A stretch of DNA of 64,000 nucleotides from the human T2T-CHM13v2.0 reference genome, Homo sapiens, in assembly GCF_009914755.1 (NCBI RefSeq), contig NC_060928.1; one strand, written 5' to 3'. Of the stretch, positions 1-11,619 are shown one piece after another. Numbering within the stretch: position 1 is the stretch's first letter; each line of letters starts with the position of its first letter. Both the position numbers and the translations under genes were made by a program. Below the pieces are notes generated by a model that was not told the origin of the DNA, did no database searches, and was given only the letters and a program-made list of their open reading frames with translations.

Positions 1-1036
1 GCTTGAACTGACTGAGACACTCTCAACCACATTCTCATCCCCTGGAGAAGAGGAACCTGGTCCATTCTCCTCTAGAGTCCCCTGACACTCTGACTTGTGC
101 AAAGTAGGTGCTCAGTGGAGGTTTGTTAGACTAATGAGTGTGATTACTCATACCTCTACATAGGAAACTTTTTGCAAATAGACTCAAAAATATTTCTTTG
201 ACTTTTACCACTTAAACTAGAAAACAGTAACTACTTGGCAGCAGAACAGGGATCTAGACCTGATACTCCTGTAGGAGGAGTTCATGATCTTGTCCATTGG
301 ATCATTCAGATAGTCCTTTCAGAAAGAGATAAAATGCCTAAAAGGTAAAGGGTCGTGTCATGACAAGGGTCTTTTTACTTGCCGCAATAGTTTTGGTTGC
401 AGAGCAGTTCCAATACTCTGGGTGTTGCCCATGTCAGGGCCTGGTAAGAGTTTCCCAAAGAGCATTTCCTGTCTTTTTGCATAGCAAATGCCAGCCACAG
501 TCTTACCGCACAGGTGAGTGAATGGATTGATGCTCTATCACATAAGAAATGCCATGCTAAATAGGCATGATACAGGTAATGGTTTTGTCCTTTTCATCTA
601 TATAATATATTATAATATGTTATTTTCTATTATGAGGTCTTCATAAGCAAGACAATATGTTCTTCAATTTCCTGTTCTTGTCTCATTGTTTTCTCTGACC
701 ATTCTTATTCAAAATTCTCCTGTATGCTTGTTTTTTGTCAAAGTGACTGCAGTGTAAGTTGAGAGCAATGTAAAACAGAAACTTCGAAATTGGCAGCCAT
801 GACACAAGAGGCTGTTTTAAATTAGTTGGGAGGAATAGGATTAGGGAAAGATGTTTTTTGTGTGCTATTAGCAGTTTAATTCATTAAGATTTTAGTAAGG
901 TACTTTTGAATGGCTACTTCTGGTTGCCTGCTTTATTAAAATTGACTGAACTCCATCATGTCTCAATATTTGTTCTTGACATTTCTGTGCATCATTTATG
1001 TTCTGGAAATAAGGTAGTCCGTGTCTTGAGAGAACT

Positions 1037-1401
1037 TGTATTAGTCTGCTTACACGCTGCTAATAAAGACATATCTGAGACTGGGTAATTTATAAAGGAA
1101 AGTGGTTTAATTGACTCACAGTTCCACATGCCTGGAGAGGCCTCACAATCATAGTGGAAGGTGAAGGAGAAGCAAAGCCACGTTCTTACATGGCGGCAGG
1201 CAAGAGAATATGTGTAGGGGAATTCCTCTTTATAAAACCTTCAGATCTTGTGAGACTTATTCACTTTCATGAGAACAGCATGGGAAAGAGCCGCCCCCAT
1301 GATTCAATTACCTCCCACCAGGTCCCTCCTGTGACACACGGGAATTATGGGAGCTACAATTCAAGATGAGATTTGGGTGTGGACACAGCCAAACCACATC
1401 A
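1037..1401 (-). mobile_element. THE1C/D solo LTR (MaLR)
   Basis: tgtattagtc...gctaataaagacata...ccaaaccacatca; 5-bp TSD gaact/gagct. Confidence 0.9.
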
Positions 1402-1544
1402 GAGCTGGATGTCTTAGGCTGGAATATAGAGAAGCAAACAAAAATAACCACAATAATATGTTATATGTTATAATAAATTGTAATGTTTTGTGTTATATAA
1501 AATTACAAAGGTATAGGGTGGTTGATTATTTCTGGCTTAGAATA

Positions 1545-2220
1545 GGCAGCTTAGGAAAGCAAAGTGAAAAGAGGAATTCCAGGCAGAGGCAAATGTAGGA
1601 GAGAAGGATTGAGGCTGGAATGTGTGCAGGATATTCAGGTAAACAATAGTGAGTGATGGGGTTGGTGAAGAGAACAGATGGAGGCATAACTGGAGAGCTG
1701 GGCTCAGGTGAGGTTGTAAAAGGGCTTTGTTTACTGTGCTAAGATGTTCATGTACTATCTGGAGTGGGTGGTGAGATGCCATCAAGAGTTTCAAGTGGGT
1801 TTCAATGAGTGCACAGAAATGAGGCTGGAATGTGCACAGGATGTTCAGGTAAACAATAGTGAGTGATGGGAAGGTGGGGAAGAACAGATGAAGGCGTATC
1901 TGGAGAGGTGGGCCCAGGCTAGGTTGTAAAGGGGCTTCGTTTATTGTGCCAAGATATACGGGTAGTATCTGGAGGGGGTGGTGAGAAGCCATCAAGAGTT
2001 TCAAGTGGGTAGGTGTCATGGTAAGATGTGTGTTTTAGAAAGATCACTCATGCAATGTGGGAGGTTAATGGAAAAAGAGTGAGCCAGGAGACGGGGCTGT
2101 TAAACAACTTCAGGACTGATTCAAGCAGTGGGGGTGGAAGAGGAGATGGATGCAAGAGACTGTTCAATAGATGCCAGTGGCCTCGCTCTTCAGAGAGATT
2201 ATGACAACATAATGGGAGAT
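1545..2220 (-). mobile_element. L2 fragment containing a ~210-bp tandem duplication
   Basis: L2-like purine-rich motifs (gagaagccatcaagagttt, agaaagatcactc); boundaries approximate. Confidence 0.55.
1611..2010. repeat. Tandem duplication, two ~210-bp units
   Basis: gaggctggaatgtg...caggtaaacaatagtgagtgatggg recurs at 1611 and 1821; gccatcaagagtttcaagtgggt ends both units. Confidence 0.92.
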
Positions 2221-2495
2221 AGACAGAAGAGTAGCATGCCAGAGTGTGTGCACAATTGTCCACCCATGTCCTCAAACTCAGTTTGCTACTTATTTCTTAA
2301 GCACAGCACCCTAAGATACTGCACGTTGTGAATTTTATTCTATTTGTTTATGATTTATGATTACTCATTATTTTTAGACTAAATCAGAATTTGTGATGAA
2401 AAAGGTAGTTGGGTACAATTTGACTTGGCCCCATATATTAAAAAAGAAAGGAAGACTTACTAAGAAAATTTAAAGTTTTTTCTTTTTTAAAACTC

Positions 2496-2789
2496 TTTTT
2501 TGAGATAGGGTCTTGCTCTGTTGCCCCAACTGGAGTGCAGCTGTGCTATCATAGCTCACTGCAGCCTCAAACCCCTGGGTTCAAGCAGTCCTCCCACCTC
2601 AGCCTCTTGAGTGGCTGGACTTCAGGTGTGCACCACTATGGCCAGCTAATTATTTCATTTTTATTTTTTGGCAGAGACAGGGTCTCACTGTGTTGCCCAG
2701 GCTGTTCTCTAACTCTTGGCTTTAAGTGGTCCTTCTGCCTTGGCCTCCCAAAGTGCTGGGATTACAGGTGTGAGTCACCATGCTCAGCT
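2496..2789 (-). mobile_element. AluJ
   Basis: Reverse Alu dimer with J-type diagnostics (atagctcactgcagcctc, tcctcccacctcagcc). Confidence 0.9.
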
Positions 2790-3298
2790 AAAGATTTCTT
2801 CTAAAAATAGCAGTTTTGAGCCTTTAAAAAGCACAAAAGGCCAGAGAAATGTAACATGTCCCGGGTCCCCTGTCCATGCAGGAGCCATACCACTGTCCTC
2901 CCCTGGTCCTGCTCTTCACCCAGGCTTCTCTTCTGTGGTTGCCAAAGAAGCCAGTGGGACTAATCTTAGACATATTAGAAAAACTGTGGGTTTGGGAGTG
3001 AGAAAAAAGGGGAAATATTCTCCCTAAGAATATACGGAGAGGTGGAAGGAACTACAGCTTTAAAATCCCCTGCCAATTTTAATTTTGTTCTTAGGGACAT
3101 TCCAGCACAATGGAAAGAAAGAGGGATTTGCTACTAAGAAAGTACAAGACAAGAGTGCTAACATTTTTTAGGGTTTTGTTGTTGTTAGAATGAGGAAAAT
3201 AAAGCTAGGTAACTTACCCAACATCACAGAACTAGTAAACAATAGTAGAACTCAGACTTGAACCAAACACATGGCTTCCTAAACAATGGAAGATTTTG

Positions 3299-3597
3299 GG
3301 CCAGGCATGGGGGGGTTCACACCTGTAATCCCAACACTTTGGGAGGCCGAGGTGGGTGGATCGCTTGAACTCAGTAGTTCAAGATTAGTCCAGGCAACAT
3401 AATGAGACCCCCGTCTCTACCAAAAATCCAAAAATTAGCCAGGCATAATGACGTGCGCCTGTAGTCCCAGCTACTTAGGAGGTTGAGGTGAGAGGATCAC
3501 TTGAGCCCCAGAGGCGAAGGTTGCAGTGAGCTGAAATTGTGCCACAGCACTCCAGCCTGGGCAACAAAGCAAGACCCCATCTCAAAAAAAAAAAAAA
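3299..3597 (+). mobile_element. AluJb-like
   Basis: Full dimer with poly-A; TSD aatggaagatttt. Confidence 0.92.
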
Positions 3598-4222
3598 GGA
3601 ATGGAAGATTTTTAAGAAAGAGAAAGGTACTGATGTGGTATTTATGAGAACAAAGAAGATAACATTTAATATTTGGGGATCCAAAATGTAAAACAAACCT
3701 AGAAAGATGAAGAAGACCATATGGATTAAATCTTTCATGAATGACTAAAATTAAGCACACGCCCTCCCAATCCCTGGTTTTCTGTACTCTGTACTCTTAT
3801 AAATTTATTTTTAAAACTTTTATGGTTACAGATGTACAGGATTATCACTTGCTATTTTTGTCTTTTTAGTGGTTATTTAACTTAAAAGCACAAACTATAA
3901 ATTATGTTTAATGCAACGATATATTCAATAGCTGGTTCTAGACAAATAACTCCAGATTAGAGATCTGACCAATAATACAGTCACATAGAAATAGGAAAAA
4001 TATGACCTGCCTGTTGATCTTAATTTCAGTTGGAATTACTAGGGATTTAATAAAAGATGAATAACTCATCCCCATCATCAATGTCATCCTCATCACCACT
4101 AATATTGATCAAGCATATTAAATGTCCTAGGAACGGTATATTATCATTTAATCATCATTATCACTCTATGAGAAGGTGTATTGCAATCCCTTGTCACGGA
4201 TGCAATAACCATGGCTTAAGGA

Positions 4223-4833
4223 CTGTAGCAGACGCTTTTGGAGCACCATGCTACACGCTCTGCTACACCTGGTATCAGTCCATTTTGGTTATACAGTTCC
4301 ACGCATGTTGCCCAGGTCCCACATCAATTCATTAGCATTTTACTAATGGGGGCTTCCCTATAATTGTTTATATGGTATTGAGATAATGCATGCTATGGCA
4401 ACATTCTGGCACACTTTATTCTTTGCATAGGATGAGTTGCAGGGCCAAAGTCACTGCCATGGAGTTAGCTAATTGGTTAAGGACATCAGCATTGCTCTGC
4501 TTTGCTGCCTTGGGAAGCTTTGAAGTCTCAGGAAGCTTCTCAACCACTTGACAATTTGGAAGTGTCGGGGAGCTAATGACCAGAGGGGACTCTCAACCAG
4601 TGAAGGCAAGAATCACGGCTGAGACAGCTTCTGAGATGCAATCTATGTATAGTTCCTTAGAAGGTCCCCACACAATTGAGTCTCAGTTGCCCCCAGTGGT
4701 AACTAGATAATTTGTATGCTCTCTATTGGCTTCTCTTCCTTCCAAGTCTCACTTTTCTCATTTCTGCTTCCCAGGATCACCTTTGAAGTAAACCATCTTT
4801 ACCCAAGTTCTCAGGAGAACCCAAAACAAGGCA
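4223..4833 (+). mobile_element. LTR16-family LTR (ERVL) inserted in a MIR
   Basis: tgtagcagacgct... ending ggatcacct...aaccatct...gaacccaaaacaaggca; MIR-like sequence on both sides. Confidence 0.65.
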
Positions 4834-5149
4834 GGTATATTAAGTATCTTGCCCAAAGACACTCAGTAATATGCAGAGCCAGGATTCAAACCCAGAAAGT
4901 CTGTTTTCAACACCTGTGGTCTTAGGCACTGTCCTGAGGAACTTGGGCTCTAATGCAAACAATAGGCACCTTGTTATATAAACTCCAGAGAGTCACATGA
5001 AGAGTAATTTACATAGAGCACTGAGTCTAGTGATAAATAAGTGTGATCTTCATGCCTACATCAGGGTCATTAGTAAGAATCAATTCAAGGTGGAAAGTAA
5101 TATACAATTGGAGTAGTTATCAGGTTTAGAGGCAAATTTTGGACAGTCT

Positions 5150-5350
5150 TTGCAGGCCTGTGTTCTGGTTCTGACTCTACTACTAAAAACATTTTGTGAT
5201 TTGGGACATGTTATTGAACTCCTCTCCTCATCCGTAAGGTGAAGACAATTCTCACCCAGCCTGCTGCCTAGGACTACTGAGAAGCCCAAGGGAGATACTG
5301 TACCTGAGATTTCTTTGACTCTCATAAAGCACTTGGCTATTATAAATTAT
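5150..5350 (+). mobile_element. MIR
   Basis: ctgactctactact...tgtgatttgggacatgttattgaact...cctcatccgtaa core. Confidence 0.6.
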
Positions 5351-6646
5351 TATTATTAAAACTTCGACTCATAACCCTTATCAATTTGTATGATTATTTC
5401 TGCACATGTTATGCAACAGGCACCATGGACAAACTTTTTAAGGGATATGCTAAATAGAGTAACATATGACCTTGCTGTGACATTAGTTACAAGAGAGTGG
5501 AATTGAATATAGAACAGATCTGATTTTGAGCCTAAGAAATAGCATTTTACTAATGGGGGCTTCCATATAATTGTTAATATGGCACTGACATAATGCATGC
5601 TGTGACCACATTCCAGCATACTGCATTCTTTCCCTAGGTTGGATTCCAGGACCAAAATCACTTCCTTGGAATTAGCTAATTGGTTAAGGAAATAAGTTAA
5701 CTCTTCCAGACCATTATCCTTAGTACCAATTAGTGCTAATGGATCCTAATAAAGAACGGGCTATAATAAAGAAGGGCTAAAACCAACCTAAGGACATTTA
5801 ATGAGATAAATGTAAAATCATAGACCCAGAGACAAGGAATTTTAGAAAAGGAACACTGGTCATCATCCCATTGTTTGGGAGAGCCCAATAAATATTACTC
5901 TGTGCTGAACCAATTGAGAAATAAGATAATGAAGTAAGACAGTTGGGATCAAAACTATTACATTATCACTGATAAAGCTGATAATGAAGAAACTGGTTTA
6001 AGCATGCAGGGAAGTGGCCCTCCCAATAGGGAATCCTACTGGACTACTGCAGACCTCCTAACCTGAAAAAAATGCTTGCAAAACTTAGAGCATGGGGAGA
6101 GTAGGCCAGAGTACGTGCTTTTGGTGGCTTGTTTATTCCTGAAGAAAGAGGAGATTGTGTAGCTAGTTGGTGACAGTGCCAGGGCTGAAACCCAGTGCTG
6201 TTCTATTTATTTATGTTTTTTTAAAAGGGGCAAAATCAGAATGGCAGAAACCTCCTGTTTATTAGCATTGTGTCTGAAAAAAGCTGGAGGTGGGGATTGT
6301 TTCATTAACTATCAACTTAATATGAAACAGTCTGTGATGGGTGCGGCTCTGGTATAGGGTCCAGATCACAGAGAATAGCATTTCTTGTGTTCCTAAAACT
6401 GAGGTGAGGATTGTACTCAACTCCAGGAGCCACATTTTATTAGGAGGATTGAAAATAAAAAGTACAGAAGGATACCATGAGGATAGTAAGAAGCTGAAAC
6501 AGAGCTGGAGTTTTAAAAGCCCTCACAGAAAAGAGAAAGGACACTTGTTTCTGCAGAGCTCCGGAAGAAAGAAGGCAGAAACCAACACTAGCAGCAGAAA
6601 GCTGAACGAAGGCAGTTATAAGTCAATAGAAGGAAGAACTTTCTAA

Positions 6647-6671
6647 TACACACACACACACAGACACATAC
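6647..6671. repeat. (CA)n microsatellite
   Basis: acacacacacacacagacacatac. Confidence 0.85.
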
Positions 6672-6724
6672 CCCTAAGCAGTGAGTAGGATGCAAATTTG
6701 ATCGTGTTTCCTCCATTTGATCCT

Positions 6725-7510
6725 GTTTCCCCTTGTCTAAAACTACTGAATGGTTCCTTAGTACTCTTAGGATAAAGATCAAGTTCCTTAGCAGAGTTTA
6801 CAAGGCTCTTTGGGGAGTGGCCCCTCCTTGGTGTCCAGCCCCAGCCTGCACCTGGTCCCCTTTTCCACTGATGGCAACCATACTGACCTCCCTTCTGTCC
6901 CTGGTGCACAGCAGCCTCCTTCCCACCTGTTGAAAGTGCCAGTCCTTCTGCCTGGGTAGTCTTCCTTCAATTCTATATCAAGCCAGCTTGTATTCATTCT
7001 TCAGCTCTCAGTTTACCCATCCTCCGGGAGACCTTCCTGACCAACAAGAGGAGGTCATTTTGCCTTTGTGTGCTGCCCTTCTTAAGCATTTGTCAGAGTT
7101 GTGCCTTTACTTTTGTTTTGTTTTGTTTCTTTTTAATGTGGTAAAATATACATAACATAAAATTTACCATTTTAGCCACTTTTAAGTGTATAGCTTAATG
7201 GCATTAAAGACATTCACATTGTTGTACAACCATACCGTTATTCATCTCCAGAACCTATTCATCATCCCATACTGACACTCTACACCCATTAAACAATAAC
7301 TCCCCATTCCCTCCTGCCCCCCAGCCCCTGGCAATCGCTATTTCACTTTCTGTCTCTATGAATTTGACTATTCTGGGTGCTACTTTTTTTGTTTGACTCT
7401 TTAATTAATGTTTGTTTCTCCTACTAATCAATGAATTCCATGAGAACAGGGAATGTGTTTTTGCTCACAATATCCCAGAGCCTAGCACAGTGTCTGGCGT
7501 ATGGATCTCC
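6725..7510 (+). mobile_element. L2 3' region, interrupted by an L1MB-like 3' end (7132-7385, minus)
   Basis: aggataaagatccaagttcctta...ccatgagaacagggaatgtg...cctagcacagtgtctggc; the insert reads gtggtaaaatatacataacataaaatttaccatttt. Confidence 0.7.
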
Positions 7511-8440
7511 TGAAGGAAGGAGTGGAGGGGAGGAGACAAGGAAAGAGGAAGGAAAGGGTTTCCTGGAACTGGCAAGTCTTAAGCAGAAAATATTAAGGAC
7601 CATCTTAGGGGAACATAGTTGAAAATATTTCTGCAATGGATAGCAAGATTGAACAAGATGAAGTTATTCAGCAAATATTTACTAAGCACATACTGTGTTG
7701 TAGGTACGAGGTACAGGGGATACTGTACTGAACCAATCTGTGCACTGATGTAGATGGTACATTTCAATTCTAAGAATTGGTGATTAGATGGAACAAATCC
7801 ATTTAATACCATGTGACAGAAAAAATAAGAATGTACAGCATTCTGGACCAGGTTTTCATCCCAAATTGCAGTCATATCTAATTTCATTAACTACATATTC
7901 TTGACCTTGAATATTGGAATTACTTTTTATGGTGAGCCATAGCTATGATTTACAGAGGATGGGAGAAGGAGAATCAAGTTAATGTCTTGTGGAAAACAAC
8001 CGTGAGAACTAAAATAAAGAACCATTCCAGTGATTCAGACCAACACTTTTTAGTAACCACTAAGTACGCAATTAAATAAAGCCCAACTGAGCTTGTTTCC
8101 ACTGAGTGCTTCCGAAGAGTTTGAATATGTAAGAACAGAGATGAGAAAAATTCTAATTCCCTTTTCCTGGGACGTTGTCCTCAGTAAAAGGCTCCATTTG
8201 GAAGCAATTGCTAAAAAAAATTTTTAATTTTCGTGTTCTAAAACTGTGTACTTGTGATGAAAGAATGAAATCAGACTTGCAGCTCTTTCTGTCGGGAGAG
8301 GCAGAGGCAGAATAGATCATGAAGGAACAGAAGGATTGTGAAGGATAAGGCCAGAGCTGATTCTGAGCTTAAAGAGCACAAAATGAACCCCCTGCTGATA
8401 TGTAATTTCTCTGTGCAATTTGTTATTTTATTATTTTCTT

Positions 8441-8728
8441 TTCTTTTTGAGACAGAATCTCACTCTGTTCCCCAGACTGGAGTGCAATGGTGCGATCTTA
8501 GCTCACTGCAACCTCTGGCCTCCCGGATTCAAGCGATTCTCCTGCCTCAGCCTCTCGAGTAGCTGGGATTACAGGCGTCCACCATCACACCCAGCTAATT
8601 TTTGTATTTTTAGTAGAGACGGGGTTTCTATGTTGGCCAGGCTGGCCTCAAACTTCTGACCTCATGATCCGCCCGCCTCAGCCTCCCTAAGTGCTAGGAT
8701 TACAAGTGTGAGCCACCACCCCCAGCCT
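8441..8728 (-). mobile_element. AluS
   Basis: Reverse Alu dimer; TSD ttttattattttct. Confidence 0.92.
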
Positions 8729-9527
8729 ATTTTATTATTTTCTTGCTGGCCTATTCAGAGTCGCTGGTGAGACTCATCCATTGTTATTAAATACCTTCCC
8801 ACCATCACTGACCTTGGAGCATGCTGCCTAGCGATAGCCATGTGAGAAGCAGCTGGAAGGCGAATTAGTGCCACAGTGCATGGCCTCTGCCCCTGGGACA
8901 TTCAGTTTGGTATCCACATTTGCAGTCACTGCTGTCTTCGTCCACATTGCCTTAACCACCTACACCCTTGTCCTCTTCTTGTGCATCAGCAAGAGTTTTG
9001 TGCATGGGAAGAGTATTGTTGTATCTTAAGATAAGGAATATCAGATCAGACTAGTCTACAAGATGCAGAAAAAGTAAGGACATGGAAAGAGACTGAAGAT
9101 ACATTGGAAGAGAAGATAATGGAGTGAGATTTTGGAGGAGGTGGGAGGGGTGAAACAAATGCCCATTCATCTGAAAAGTCATTTTAAGACTGAGTTCCAG
9201 AGGGCTGCTAAAAATGCTTAGGGTTCTCTAACTTGGCAACTGTTCAAATGTGCAACTCCTCTATTATTGCTCCTTCTGTATTTGTTTCTTCTCACCAAAG
9301 TACTTTAGTAAAATAATAATTCAAGAGAAATTTATCATTCAGCTCTCAAAATAGCGCCATTCAGAATACAAATTTAACTACACTGGCTTCAGTGCTTTGA
9401 AAATGTTTAGGATCTCATTAATTTTGACCTAATTTGATTAGTATATTTAAGAATCATATTATATAAATGTAGTTTTATAAATTCCTATGTAATAGAATAA
9501 GCATGACCTAAATAAACAATTTATTAA

Positions 9528-10000
<473 letters not shown>

Positions 10001-10299
10001 CAAATATCATTTTCTTTCATCTGTGTCTATGCATTACAATTTTAACTATTACTACTAATGCTTACTTCCTAGAATTGACTCATCAGGAGTTTGTTCTACC
10101 ACCATTTCTAAATACAATTCGTAACTTTTACCTTTAACTGATTGCAGCAAAGCTGCAGTTTTGTACCATAGGTGACTAGGTAGCCATCCAGGGATCAAAT
10201 ATTCTTCATTTTCTCTCTCTCTCTCTCCCCCCAACCCCCTATTCTTTCTGTTCCCAAACCACATGTTTCCTAAGCCAAGGTTATTTTAGCAAATCCCAC

Positions 10300-11369
10300 C
10301 TCTCTGACACCAACTGAAAAGGGAAAAACGTTTTTTTGTTTTTTTGTTTTTTTTTCCCCTTATACTCTCACTTAACACTCACAACACTTCACTTCTGACC
10401 ACCAATTGTGTAGGGATCTTTTTCACACCAAGCAATTCCCTAGTTCTCTGCAGACACTGACTGGGCATTCTACAGTTTAACCCAATTTTAACACTATCTA
10501 CCTGGAAATGGCTTTCAGAGTACACAGGTTAAGGGCTCAGTCCCATAAGTGAAGATGGGACCCCACTTCAGATATCAATCACAGCTTGTCACCTGCATTT
10601 CTGGCTGACCAGCTATAAATCAGAGGTTTGCATGACCTCCTGCTGGGTTCAGTCATTTGCTAAAGCAGCTTATAGAACTCAGGAAAACAGTTTAGGAGTC
10701 AAATTTTGAACTAGAAGCATTATATAAAACTAGATTACCAGATTATTACAAAGGATATATTGAAAGATAGAAATGAACAGCCAGATGAAGAGATACATAG
10801 GGAGAGGTCCAGAAGAGTCCCAAGCACAGGACCTCCTGTCCCTATGGAGCTTCCAGGTGTGCCACCCTCATAGCACATGGTTGCGTTCTTACTCACCACC
10901 CAGAAGCTCTCTGAACTTCATTCCTTTGGGTTTTTATGGAAGCTTCATTGCAACAACATGATTGATTAAATCGTTGGCCATTGGTGATCAACTCAACCTT
11001 GAGCTCCCCTCCCCTCCCTGAAGGTGAGCAATGGGGCTGGAAATTCCAACTCTCTAATCACATGATTGGTTATCTTGGCAACCAGACCCCATCCTGTGGT
11101 TATCTGGAGGCTTTCTAAAAATTACCTCATTAACATAAATTCATGTATGGATAAAAGGGGCTTGTTATGAATAACACAAGATGCTTCTTTCACTTTTATC
11201 ATTCTGGAACTGTTTCAGGAACCAAGGGCAAAAAAGTCAAATATTATAACAATAAGATACTACCATAGCTCTAATAGCTTAGGAAATTTCAAGGGTTTTA
11301 GGGGCTGTGAACCAGGAACTGTGGATGAAAACCAAAACATATACTTCCTATTATATCACAATATCACAC
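10300..11369 (-). mobile_element. MER21-family LTR
   Basis: Ends ...ccaggaactgtggatgaaaacc...atatcacaatatcaca (reverse of TGTGATATTGTGA); ttaagggctcagtccca core; left boundary approximate. Confidence 0.7.
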
Positions 11370-11619
11370 AACTGTATGCAATAAATATTATCTTCACATT
11401 TCAGATGGGGAAACAAATGTAAAGAGAGGAAGGGACTTCCCCAAAGAGAAATATAAATTAAATTGAAATGAAATCAAATTAAATCATATCGTGAATGTAG
11501 AATAGAGATGAAGCATGAATGACAATTGATATTTTAATTAAATTCAGAATTTAGGTCTTTGAGAATGAAAGATTAAAGGTTCCTGGCTGAATTAAATAGT
11601 TTAGTACTATAAACTATAC

